DNA of 62,862 bases, the filler included, from Asterionella formosa (lineage: Eukaryota): the NCBI GenBank assembly GCA_002256025.1. It is 6 parts of 6 records of this genome, joined end to end, with 100 filler letters (N's around TTAATTAATTAA, not from the genome) between each part and the next. Parts side by side here need not be neighbours in the genome. Positions count along the whole stretch, not along the records: positions 1 to 19,575 come from NKIB01003613.1; 5 more parts are not named here. One strand, given 5' to 3'. The position numbers and the translations under genes are program-made. Below the pieces are notes generated by a model. It was not told the DNA's origin, made no database searches, and saw only the letters and a program-made list of their open reading frames with translations. Shown here piece after piece: positions 1-11,679 of this stretch (position 1 is its first letter; every line of letters starts with the position of its first letter).

Positions 1-589
1 TTACGCTATAGTGTAATAGTATCTCCACTATACTTTGTCTATTAACCATAGAATGACTCCACCAGAGGTACCCGGTAAGTTGTAATAGTCCTCTGCTACT
101 CCCCTTATTATTGACAACGAAAATTGAAGTTGCCGCTGCCCCCTTTTAAAATCCAATTTAGAGATTACTTAAACGACAATGATATGAGCAGATAAAACAC
201 TTTTACAGTAGCTACACATCAAATGAGACTACGACTACAGTATTAATATGAATAATCGAAGCAAAAGATGTGAAATAATGCTATCATGAGAATAAAGACA
301 ATCAGACAATGCTACTATGATTGAGGATGAAGGAGAAGATACTTAAGCAACATGTCACAACAAAAATATTCAACTCTTCTAACATGAGGTTTCAGCAAAA
401 TGGAATGCCAAACACATCCTGCAAGTTTGGGAAGCTAAAGATCCTCAACTCCATTTGGAAAAAATGTCCAACTGTCCTGCATCTCATGAATTGAGCCATA
501 TTTTTTGCTTTTATCTACTTGCAAAGTAGATTCAGTTACTGTTCAGCTTGACTAAAAAATAGGTTTTAATTTTCTTGCCGTATTCTATG

Positions 590-3500
590 CTACCGCAGCT
601 CTACTTTCGTCAAGGCATCGCCTCCATCACTTTGATCAGCTGGTGAAAATCTCTTCACGATCGCTCGCTCACTCTGCAGCCAAGCTCGAACCTTCTGTTT
701 GAGAATACCCCTCTCGCCGTGACCATGAAGAATGTACACGACACTGCGACCCGCCATTATGGACATACTAAATTTGTCCTTTGCTTTGTCCTTTGCCTCT
801 TCGAAATTGCATCCGAGGACATTGACAGTGTTTGACTCAGTTCTTATTGTAATGTCATTAGTCGTCGACTTCGTTGATGGTTGGGCTGAAGCCGGACTGG
901 ATATCTTTTCGCAGGCTAATGCTTGTTCTACTGCTCTAGAATTTCGGTTTCCTTTTTTCGCATCAGAGGCCATTGGCATGACACGTTTGTTTGGCATGGC
1001 GAGTTCTGTCATCTTGAGACGAACAGAAATTCCATTTACCTTGACCTGGGGACGACTGCCCGCCTCGAGAACAATAGCTTCCTTGCCAAACAAACTACCT
1101 TGCTTACATACTTGAAGTTTGTCACCAACCTTCAATTCAGGCTTTTCTCGCATCTCTGCTAGGGGAACAAGTTCAGCCACGGCTTGCTCTAATGCAGCCG
1201 CGTTGGCTAGCTTTGCTTTGACCACGCTAGGCACATTTTCAGCATCGTTGATAGCATCTCTCTTGACAAATTTGATCTCCTCCCAGCTACGAGCAATAAC
1301 TTTCCGAGAAGGATCTGTTTTTAATTTTTCAAGGATATCTTCGAGCACTCGTTCCTTCTCTTCCAATTTGGATGCAAACTTCTTAGCTTCATCGCGACGA
1401 GCACTTAGCTGTTTTTGTTCTAGTTGAGCTTGCTGAGCTTTCAATTCAATTTGGAGAGCGACGATTTCCTTTTTCTTTTCTGCCATGTCTTCCACCTGTT
1501 GATCTACCAAGGCCTTCTGGTCTTCCAATTCACGAAGCAAGTCACCCATTTGTCGAGTTTCAGAGTCCAAAAGCTCTGTTGCTCGATCAATCACCTTCTG
1601 CGGAAGTCCCAATCGTTCGGCGACAGACAAGGCAAAAGACTCTCCCACTGTTCCTGGTAAAAGCTTGTAGGTCGGTCTACCATTCACAAATTGCATGCCT
1701 CCTACAGCAAAACGCTCATCAGATGCTGCCAATTGCTTCAATTCCATGTAATGTGTCGTTATAACCACCCGAGACCCGGCCTCGACCAATTCTTCTAGCA
1801 AGGCTTGTGCAATTGCTACGCCCTGTGCAGGATCAGTCCCACTTCCAAGTTCATCCATCAACACCAATGCATTAGTACCAGAATTCTCCAGAACTTGCTT
1901 GCAGACCAACATGTGACCAGAAAAAGTGGACAAATCTCCTCCGACCGACTGCAAGTCACCAATATCGGCCAAAACAGGAGAAAAGAAGTCCACGCGAGGT
2001 TGATGGTCGGCACTATCAGCTGCAATGGGAATACCGTTCCGAGCCATTAATGCCACTAGCCCCAACAATTTTAAAATGACTGTTTTGCCTCCGGCGTTGG
2101 GACCCGTCAGGACCAACCCCTGGTTTCCGTCTGCACCTAGGTTGATGTCACTTCCCACGACCTTGTCATGGTCACTGATGCGCAGCATTAGCAGTGGATG
2201 TTTTGCATTCTGTAGCGAAACAATTCCCTCATTCCCACAAAGCGGAATGACTCCCCGCCATTGATTTCCCAATAAACACTTGGCTAGAATTAAATCCAAT
2301 TGACCCACAGCCATGACAGCCGCTTCCAATTCAACTCTTGCAGACAAAATTTCTCTGGTCAACGTTCGCCACACACGAGCCTCTTCCATTCGTAATTCTG
2401 CTTCGGCTTGTCGCAAGGCATTGGTAGGTCCTACAAGTTCAGTAGGTTCCACATATACTGTCTTTCCACTTCGACTGGCATCATGCACAATGCCAACACT
2501 AGAGTAGGCTTTGTCCATAGGGATGACAATGCGGCCATTGACTTGCGAATACATGGGACCCCCCGACTCTGTTGCTATTTTGTTTTTCATTGACGGTGCT
2601 TCAAGGATCTTATCTAACGTCCCAAGAATATCCTTTTTGCTAGTTCTTATCGTGGCACGCAGTTGTCCAATATTGGGAAACGTAGTCCCTGACAAGCGTC
2701 CTTCGTTGTCCAAGGCACGGTCTAATAAATCCTGGAGTGTCGTATTGACATGGATGCAATCAACAAATTTTTCAAGCTCAACAAATTGTATTGTCTGAAC
2801 GTTGGCCAACCCTTGACCCCACCGTATGATATCATCCAACACATGCATGATAGTACAAACTTCCAAAATGTCTGGTCCCTCCAACACTTGCCCCCCGTCG
2901 GCAATGCTCAAAATAGAGGCAAGGTCAAAGGACATTCCCCCTAGAGGTGGTGCTCCAAGTGGTTCCTTGTATCCCTTTCGGTTTCGATAGTTAGCGTCGC
3001 CCATCAAGTGATTGTACTTGACGTCTGTCAGGTATTGCATTTCTTGTACTGCTGCGTATCGTTCCTGCAGGCCTTGATAGGAATCGGCTGTTAATGGTTG
3101 GTACGCCTTGGGTATAGGCATGGGCGGCTTGATACTTCCTTGAACAATGGCTCGAGCGGGAAAGGTGCTACACTGTCTTTGCAATGCTTGCAAAATGAGA
3201 GGGAAATCCAAGGTATCCAAGGTGCGTTGTAACAAGTCCAACGATGGTTCTTCTTGTTGCGGTTCCACACCGGCTGTGTTCAGAAGTGGCGACGGCTGAT
3301 TCAGTTGCAAGGGAGTCAAGGTGTTTCGTGCCTGGAACCAACTTTCGTCAAGCATTGTGGGAGATTCTTTCGTTTCGTCCAGAAACGCCGGTGAATCAAA
3401 GTCCGGAGTAGCGTCTGGGTCCCATTGAACCGGTTGTCGAATGAGGGAGTAGCCATCTGCTCCAGCTCGGGCATCGTCGTTGTCCAATCGTTGCTGCTGC

Positions 3501-3628
3501 GATGCTATTGCTGCCGTTCGTACAAAAGGAAAGGCAGCAACAGCACTGGTGCGAAGCAGAAATAAGAATAAGGACAGAAGCAGTCCTGTGCCGAGACGAT
3601 GGGAAGGTAAGCGTGGTACTGGAGTCAT
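590..3628 (-). CDS. mutS2: MutS2 family ATPase/endonuclease with C-terminal Smr domain, probably plastid-targeted
   Basis: Single 1012-aa ORF with Walker A LTGPNAGGKT, DIGDLQS..LSTFSGH, MDELGSGTDP..G, ITTHY, G.SFAL.VA.RLGLP, a coiled coil and Smr ILHGHG..GILK..VR..GGD. N-terminal hydrophobic stretch followed by AVAAFP resembles a bipartite presequence. Confidence 0.93.
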   Translation of the reverse strand: MTPVPRLPSHRLGTGLLLSLFLFLLRTSAVAAFPFVRTAAIASQQQRLDNDDARAGADGYSLIRQPVQWDPDATPDFDSPAFLDETKESPTMLDESWFQARNTLTPLQLNQPSPLLNTAGVEPQQEEPSLDLLQRTLDTLDFPLILQALQRQCSTFPARAIVQGSIKPPMPIPKAYQPLTADSYQGLQERYAAVQEMQYLTDVKYNHLMGDANYRNRKGYKEPLGAPPLGGMSFDLASILSIADGGQVLEGPDILEVCTIMHVLDDIIRWGQGLANVQTIQFVELEKFVDCIHVNTTLQDLLDRALDNEGRLSGTTFPNIGQLRATIRTSKKDILGTLDKILEAPSMKNKIATESGGPMYSQVNGRIVIPMDKAYSSVGIVHDASRSGKTVYVEPTELVGPTNALRQAEAELRMEEARVWRTLTREILSARVELEAAVMAVGQLDLILAKCLLGNQWRGVIPLCGNEGIVSLQNAKHPLLMLRISDHDKVVGSDINLGADGNQGLVLTGPNAGGKTVILKLLGLVALMARNGIPIAADSADHQPRVDFFSPVLADIGDLQSVGGDLSTFSGHMLVCKQVLENSGTNALVLMDELGSGTDPAQGVAIAQALLEELVEAGSRVVITTHYMELKQLAASDERFAVGGMQFVNGRPTYKLLPGTVGESFALSVAERLGLPQKVIDRATELLDSETRQMGDLLRELEDQKALVDQQVEDMAEKKKEIVALQIELKAQQAQLEQKQLSARRDEAKKFASKLEEKERVLEDILEKLKTDPSRKVIARSWEEIKFVKRDAINDAENVPSVVKAKLANAAALEQAVAELVPLAEMREKPELKVGDKLQVCKQGSLFGKEAIVLEAGSRPQVKVNGISVRLKMTELAMPNKRVMPMASDAKKGNRNSRAVEQALACEKISSPASAQPSTKSTTNDITIRTESNTVNVLGCNFEEAKDKAKDKFSMSIMAGRSVVYILHGHGERGILKQKVRAWLQSERAIVKRFSPADQSDGGDALTKVELR

Positions 3629-5043
3629 GTTGTGTAACTGTCAAGTTGGGATTTGTTGTGTGCGTTGCGTAGTCTGTTGCAGTAATCGTTTGTTTATTTC
3701 GTATCGGACTCGTTGATTAGTTGATTAAATGATGAGTTACTGTCATTTCCTAGAATGATTCATGACAAGCGCAGTTGTTGTTGCTGATTACTATGCATAT
3801 TTCGTAGATGTGTAAGTTTAATACAGAAGAACGAAAGTTGGATCAAATTCATCGACATGAGACGACAGGTAAAATAAGAGAAGCAAGACAAGAAGAATAC
3901 GAGCTAGACATGCCGGTATATCCATGTCTAAATGTATTTTCATATGTAAATATTTACCTACGATTATAAATGTATGTGTGTAGAGCGATCATGAGGTGAT
4001 GACGATTGAGCAGGAACAACCTCAGACCACATAGTAGGAAGTTTATAAGGATAGGGATACGAAGGACCTTTTCATTTGTACCAGGTACCGTGGTACTGGA
4101 ACAATGCATGACTTGTGGTCCCGGGTACGTACCAGGGTACCAGGTACCATGTAGCCTGCTGCTTGATTGTGCCTGCTGCCAGCCAGCCACGACATCGTAT
4201 AAATCTACAGGTAAAAGGTAATCAACAAAGACCAGATCATGGTGTCAGGAGGAGGAAGGTCCGTTCAATTTTTGGCTGGCCTTTTTATAATTAAGCAGTG
4301 CAGCATAATGCAAGATAAAAGCATGAAAATCATCATCCACCATGGAGATTTCTTGAACTGCCGCTCCGTTGAGATCCATCGTTTGCATTATTGTTACAAT
4401 CACAAACTGTAAAAAGTATTATCGATGCAGCATGCGACGATAATATTTACTATGTATAGCTACACCTGCTATCAATCATCATCATCAATGGAAANNNNNN
4501 NNNNNNNNNNNNNNNNNNNNNNNNNNNNNNNNNNNNNNNNNNNNNNNNNNNNNNNNNNNNNNNNNNNNNNNNNNNNNNNNNNNNNNNNNNNNNNNNNNNN
4601 NNNNNNNNNNNNNNNNNNNNNNNNNNNNNNNNNNNNNNNNNNNNNNNNNNNNNNNNNNNNNNNNNNNNNNNNNNNNNNNNNNNNNNNNNNNNNNNNNNNN
4701 NNNNNNNNNNNNNNNNNNNNNNNNNNNNNNNNNNNNNNNNNNNNNNNNNNNNNNNNNNNNNNNNNNNNNNNNNNNNNNNNNNNNNNNNNNNNNNNNNNNN
4801 NNNNNNNNNNNNNNNNNNNNNNNNNNNNNNNNNNNNNNNNNNNNNNNNNNNNNNNNNNNNNNNNNNNNNNNNNNNNNNNNNNNNNNNNNNNNNNNNNNNN
4901 NNNNNNNNNNNNNNNNNNNNNNNNNNNNNNNNNNNNNNNNNNNNNNNNNNNNNNNNNNNNNNNNNNNNNNNNNNNNNNNNNNNNNNNNNNNNNNNNNNNN
5001 NNNNNNNNNNNGATCTCAAGGGTGGCAACGATTTAGCCCAACT

Positions 5044-7027
5044 TTAAGCTTGAACTTCCGCGTCATCATGATCAATTGGCTCCTCAGTCAATTCCTTGGT
5101 TGGCAACGTAGGGTCTGGATCTTCGAGTGCCTTGGACTCGGTAGTGTGATGTGGAATATCGAAAACTCCGCGGACAGTGGCGGCTTCTTCAAACCAATTG
5201 GAAAAGGCCTCGGTGCTATCATCGTGAATCTCAGGGTCCAACTTAATTCCAGGAAGAAACATGCGGATACCTTGAAGGATGGCAAACGTTCCCGCCAGCA
5301 TACAGTAAGCAACAAAGAACTGCCACTGTTGGCCGAAATCCCAGCATTCTGTCGCAGAAACACATTGTTCCCAAGTCGGGCTACTGAAGTTATCAAAGCC
5401 AGCCACGGGGACGTGGATGATTCCAAAAAGAGCAAAAAAGGCTGCAACAAGAGCCCAAATGGTGGCCTTCTTCCATTGGCGATCAATCACCATGACAAGC
5501 ATGGCGACCCAAACAAACGACACCAGCAAAGAGCCGCGCTTCCAACCAAGGACTCCGTACCACCCGGGAAGGGATCCGAGATGGGCGTTTCCGCCGTCGT
5601 CGGTTTCGATTGGGCTCAAATTAGAAACATTGACTACCCAATCGTAAATGGAGGGGAAGAGGCCAATAATAAATGCTGCATAGTGGCGAGCGGGCATAAA
5701 TGTCAGCGCTTCTTCATTTATCATCAAGCCAACAAAGAGCACAATAGGACCAATTGTTGCCAAATTCACAATGGACTGCATCAGGGCAAGGACACCAAAC
5801 CAAGATAGGATGAGGTAGACGCACCCATTGACACACGAATAACCCGTCAAGGCACCAGAACGCTTGTGAGCAGGGTGGCCAATATAGATCACGGTTCCAA
5901 AAGGAGATCCGAAGAACGCCGCAAGCATGGTACCGATTCCATCAGCAATCATAGACTCGCGAACCGGAAAAGGGTCGCCAGCTTCCCTGGCACTCACAAG
6001 ACACATGAGAGTCGTGGCAGCTGCAGAAATACCAATGGGAATGACGATTCCCAAAAAGTCTTTAATAGTGCTGAAATCAGCAAACATTTCATCGGCGACC
6101 CACTTCGGTCCCCACCACTTGACTAGTTTCGCAGCGTCTTGGACGGCGCTTACTTCATTCACGCCAGTGGCCCAGCCAAGGATAACACCAACAATAATGA
6201 CTTGAAGGGCTTCAGGGCAACGTACCCCTCCAAAACCAACACGGACATTGGCGTACCAGCCGAGGAAAACCCACATGATCGTGTTGTAACCGACAATAGG
6301 AGCGGCGATGCAGGCGGTAATTTGCTCCATGCCGAGAAAGGCAAATCCAATGCCAGCAATGGGGACGAGGAGTGCGGCAGGAGGAATAATTTGTAGAAGG
6401 TAGGGTCCAAAGCATCCAAGAAATGTCAAGATCAGACCAGTGATGAAGTTTGCTGACAAAGCCACTTGATAGGCCAGAGCGAAGGCGTTTGAAGGGGACT
6501 CAGTAGTAGACGAGGCAAAGTAGACGGGATCTAGAAAAGGAAAAGAAATTGTGGAACACAAGGTTGGAATACTGAAGGTGGCAACCGCACGAGGAAGATG
6601 TCATGATCATGAACTTACACATAATGTTGTAGACAAAAGCAAAGGCTGCAGGGGTGTTCAAGCCATATGGTTGAGCAGTGTATGGACGGCCCCACTTTTT
6701 AGTGAGCCGGATCGCCTGCCAAGTGTAGAAGACGTTTCCAAAGCAAAGGGTAATGCCAACTCCAGGCACGAGCTTGCCCCAAATGATTTGATTAATGTCG
6801 TCAGTGGGAACTCCAAAATCCGCCATGGCCTGAATTGCATAGAGTGCTCCGAGGAGAGTGGAGAGATTATCAAAGAAGAGCTGTGTCAAACTGCCCCAAT
6901 CTCCACCCGTCATGCGAAAACCCTTCCCGAAATCGTTTAGCTCGCCTTTCACACGACCCAGGGTGAAGGATCCCATTTCATGCGTCTTGACTGGTTCAGT
7001 TCCAGGGTCTTCTTCTTCGGTAGACAT
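5044..7027 (-). CDS. AzgA/NCS2-like (xanthine/uracil/purine) permease, 2 exons: 7027-6619 and 6530-5044, ~631 aa
   Basis: GT-AG intron 6618-6531 joins two ORFs in frame (..FVYNIM-Y-PVYF..). Many hydrophobic helices. Motifs FFDNL, GNVFY, TAQPYGLNTPAAF and FGSPFGTVIYIGHPAHKRSGA..GYS match bacterial-type AzgA/NCS2 permeases. Confidence 0.85.
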
Positions 7028-8721
7028 GGCTGCAATGGTGGTTCACCGAGATTCTTCACGATTTCGATCACAGAATACGTGTGGAGCACGTAATACGGTA
7101 TGCGTATACCAATAGCAATTCCAGAATAATAAGATCTTTACTTTCCTATGTATCTTGTTATGCTTTTTTCAGGTTTTCTATCACAGCATTCGATACTGGA
7201 CAGTGCATTGACATTGCAATCAATGTACCGGCTTGAATACCAACAACTTCCGATAAAATAAAAGAAGATCTTTTCCTTCCGACTAGATACCGGTAGTGTC
7301 ATTACTCAGAATTATTGTAAATGCCAGTAAGTAGTCTCGGAATGCTCTAGATCGTTTTCTATGTGACAAGTTGAACATGAATTCTTCAACACCCCTGGTC
7401 ATCAATACTTCCGATATAAAAGGGAAGATCGCTTGATTCCTTCCGTTTAGAGTTGTGGAAGTTCTGTAATCAAAAAGGTGCAAATTGACACTTTGGTCGG
7501 GAAATCAAGCGAGTTGTTGCAACGTCATTTTAGTTGGAGTACGGAGTCCTCCATNNNNNNNNNNNNNNNNNNNNNNNNNNNNNNNNNNNNNNNNNNNNNN
7601 NNNNNNNNNNNNNNNNNNNNNNNNNNNNNNNNNNNNNNNNNNNNNNNNNNNNNNNNNNNNNNNNNNNNNNNNNNNNNNNNNNNNNNNNNNNNNNNNNNNN
7701 NNNNNNNNNNNNNNNNNNNNNNNNNNNNNNNNNNNNNNNNNNNNNNNNNNNNNNNNNNNNNNNNNNNNNNNNNNNNNNNNNNNNNNNNNNNNNNNNNNNN
7801 NNNNNNNNNNNNNNNNNNNNNNNNNNNNNNNNNNNNNNNNNNNNNNNNNNNNNNNNNNNNNNNNNNNNNNNNNNNNNNNNNNNNNNNNNNNNNNNNNNNN
7901 NNNNNNNNNNNNNNNNNNNNNNNNNNNNNNNNNNNNNNNNNNNNNNNNNNNNNNNNNNNNNNNNNNNNNNNNNNNNNNNNNNNNNNNNNNNNNNNNNNNN
8001 NNNNNNNNNNNNNNNNNNNNNNNNNNNNNNNNNNNNNNNNNNNNNNNNNNNNNNNNNNNNNNNNNNNNNNNNNNNNNNNNNNNNNNNNNNNNNNNNNNNN
8101 NNNNNNNNNNNNNNNNNNNNNNNNNNNNNNNNNNNNNNNNNNNNNNNNNNNNNNNNNNNNNNNNNNNNNNNNNNNNNNNNNNNNNNNNNNNNNNNNNNNN
8201 NNNNNNNNNNNNNNNNNNNNNNNNNNNNNNNNNNNNNNNNNNNNNNNNNNNNNNNNNNNNNNNNNNNNNNNNNNNNNNNNNNNNNNNNNNNNNNNNNNNN
8301 NNNNNNNNNNNNNNNNNNNNNNNNNNNNNNNNNNNNNNNNNNNNNNNNNNNNNNNNNNNNNNNNNNNNNNNNNNNNNNNNNNNNNNNNNNNNNNNNNNNN
8401 NNNNNNNNNNNNNNNNNNNNNNNNNNNNNNNNNNNNNNNNNNNNNNNNNNNNNNNNNNNNNNNNNNNNNNNNNNNNNNNNNNNNNNNNNNNNNNNNNNNN
8501 NNNNNNNNNNNNNNNNNNNNNNNNNNNTCGTCAAGTTTCATCGATTACATACAGTATCTGTCGGTTTACAGATTTACCGGTGAATGTGTATCTATTATCC
8601 TCACGTGCGATTGTTTATTTGCAAGCAATAAACAAACCCAAAACATAACGTAGTGTTCATTCTTGTTGGTTGGTCAAGAACTTGACAACTAATTAACTAC
8701 GGCTACATTTTCTTTTGCAAC

Positions 8722-9616
8722 ATGGTACACGAATCGAAATACATTGACGCCGATCCTTACAAGTGGCCTTTTAATGGAAACTTAAACCCCAAGAATACGT
8801 GCATTATCGTGATTGGTGAGTGTTGCAAAATCCGCGCTCTTGTCATCATGATGCACATCCATCACGGTTCAACAACTACTCCTCCGATCGTCTCATTCTT
8901 TGCTGGTTGCTATGATGGTATACACAGACATGCAAGTTGATTTTTGCTCACCTGGCGGGTACGTTGATAAAATGGGCTACGATATCAATTTGACTCGTGC
9001 TCCAATCGAGCCAATTTCGAAAGTGCTTGACTGCATGAGGAAGGAAGGATACCACATAATGCACACTCGGGAAGGGCATCGCCCCGACTTGGCAGATTGT
9101 CCACCAAACAAGTTGTGGCGCAGCGCACAAATTGGTGCCGCCATTGGGTCACTGGGCCCATGTGGCCGCATCTTGGTAAAGGGCGAACCGGGGTGGGAAA
9201 TTATTCCAGAACTATCTCCTCTTCCTGACGAGGTAGTTGTCGATAAACCTGGAAAAGGGTCCTTCGTTGGGACGAACCTTGACCTCATTCTCCGCTCCAG
9301 AGGAATCTGCAACATCATACTTGCTGGGGTGACTACAGATGTTTGTGTACATACCACCATGAGAAACGCGAATGACATGGGTTACGAATGCTTGCTTCTC
9401 GAGGTAAGCGATTATGGACTATTCATGAGCTCAAGAAAGGCCTTTTAAATCTAATCTCATCCAATGTTTCGAATTGATTATACTCTACAGGACTGTTGCG
9501 CCGCAACTGACCCAGACAATCACGCGGCAGCAATCAATATGATTAAGAAGCAAGGCGGGGTCTTTGGATCTGTTTCCAACTCAACTGCACTCATCATGGC
9601 TCTATCGACAGCTTGA
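8722..9616 (+). CDS. biuH: Biuret hydrolase (isochorismatase-like cysteine hydrolase), 3 exons: 8722-8815, 8928-9403, 9491-9616
   Basis: Spliced product [91 protein letters not shown]. Asp-Lys-Cys triad intact. BiuH-type residues present (GGY, MGYD, TTDVC, ATD, QGGV). Both introns are GT-AG and keep frame. Confidence 0.92.
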
Positions 9617-9678
9617 GGTGATACTAGTCTAATGTTAAGAGATTAAAACAGATTATACTTCATACGGACATCGCTCCT

Positions 9679-10745
9679 CTACTCTTCTAACACAATCGGG
9701 TGCATTTCGCCTTCAATAAAGTCAACATTGAAACCAATATCACGAAGAGCAGTTTCTACTTCAGAAGCTGACATGGGGTAGTTGACACGAGCTGTATCCA
9801 ATCCGACTCCAAATCGTACCTTCTTCTTGCATTTGAAAGGGGGCCCATGATCGGGGGACTGTACCTTTGCCTCAGCAGCTCTAATAGCTTTCCGAATTCC
9901 ATCCCAATAACGCATGTATGCCGCTTCGGCCTCTGCCAGGATTTCAGCCGTACAGACCTGTTCATCTGGTGTACCCGAGCTGCACATGGCTTCTGCCTTG
10001 GCAGTACGGTCAGAATCGGATACGTTGGCCCATAGCGCGAGGCTATCGGGAAAATTGGTAACTTGCGTGCCATCGTCAAGGGTACGAATAATAGGACTAG
10101 GAACATGACTTTCGTGAAACCAAACAGCGGTCACAAGTGGCACGGCAACATGCAGCATATCAGTCTTGCCCTGTTTCTCGATTTCACGCCGCAAAAAGGC
10201 TTTGACAGCTGGAAAGGTTGCATCGGCATCTAGGTCAATCTGACCAGTGTCGGGTGTTATGCTTAGGAATCTTGGTTCATGGTTTAAGGCTGAGAGAAGC
10301 TGTCGAGAGTCAACAAGATAGATCCAATATTCATTTGCATGCTCGTAACAACCACTTGCGAATACATTACAGTTGATGAGAGGTTGCATAGGCTCGGGCT
10401 GTCATATGATAGCGAGAACATGTCAGTTGATCAATGACAAAATTCTTTGAACTCTACAATTCAACGAGAAACATCATTCTACAAACATACCGAATATTGT
10501 CTCCATCCTTCCTGCATAACATCTAAAAAGGCCTTATAACCCCTCACAAGCGCCCTTCCAAGGAAGATCGCCCTTGATTCATCGCTTTCACCAGAATGGT
10601 AGTCAAGCTTGTGATGTTCTGGAAAGCCATCTTGTAAACCCCCAGAGACTCCTACGATAAGGTATTCTCGATTCTCACTTGGGGCCGCTGCCACAAAACT
10701 GGCAACAAGTACGTTAAAGCACACGAGGATATGCAGGCTAATCAT
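9679..10745 (-). CDS. Hypothetical secreted protein, 2 exons: 10745-10491 and 10398-9679, ~324 aa
   Basis: ATG at 10745 opens a signal-peptide-like MISLHILVCFNVLVASFVAAAP. Phase-0 intron GTATGT(10490)..CAG(10399) joins it in frame to the 236-aa ORF. No family recognised. Confidence 0.7.
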
Positions 10746-11679
10746 GATGCATAAAAAGGAGAAACTGGGAGGTAGCTGGCGGAAATCTCTCCTGTAGGGC
10801 GGAAACTCGAAGCAGCTATCACCAGTGAGCTGCAAACAATCCTTGCGTCAATTCTGAGTTCTATTAATTAATCAATAAAATATAGCTCAGCCAGCATCAG
10901 AGGAGAAGAATGGTATTTCATGTGTTACGTTGTTTCAATACTTTCACTTTACTCAAGAATGAACAGGTATTCCGCTATCTCGGTACAGGTACTTCCCAGA
11001 ATAGCAAGGCATATATTTCTGTAGAGTACCTGACACTCCGGAATCCGGGTGCCGTAAGGACATTCCAGATTTCACTTGACCCGTTCACGTGATCGAACGA
11101 AGAAGGTCAAATTGCGTTACGTGGCGAACGATGGAGCAATGCATGATTGTTGATTTGACACACGCGACTGATTTCAGTAACGGGCATCTATTCCTAATTT
11201 TGAATGCAACTTCCTCCTCATTTCTGGGAAGCATGACGAGCAAACTTTANNNNNNNNNNNNNNNNNNNNNNNNNNNNNNNNNNNNNNNNNNNNNNNNNNN
11301 NNNNNNNNNNNNNNNNNNNNNNNNNNNNNNNNNNNNNNNNNNNNNNNNNNNNNNNNNNNNNNNNNNNNNNNNNNNNNNNNNNNNNNNNNNNNNNNNNNNN
11401 NNNNNNNNNNNNNNNNNNNNNNNNNNNNNNNNNNNNNNNNNNNNNNNNNNNNNNNNNNNNNNNNNNNNNNNNNNNNNNNNNNNNNNNNNNNNNNNNNNNN
11501 NNNNNNNNNNNNNNNNNNNNNNNNNNNNNNNNNNNNNNNNNNNNNNNNNNNNNNNNNNNNNNNNNNNNNNNNNNNNNNNNNNNNNNNNNNNNNNNNNNNN
11601 NNNNNNNNNNNNNNNNNNNNNNNNNNNNNNNNNNNNNNNNNNNNNNNNNNNNNNNNNNNNNNNNNNNNNNNNNNNNNNN

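Noticed and set aside
5050..5808. 252-aa plus-strand ORF and other antisense ORFs over mutS2, the permease, the carboxypeptidase and the copia element
   Set aside because: Shadow ORFs opposite well-supported genes, with no motifs.
4425..8653. Long ORF-track entries made mostly of X (also at 11089, 27724, 30555, 32298, 36914)
   Set aside because: They are translations through N gaps, not genes.
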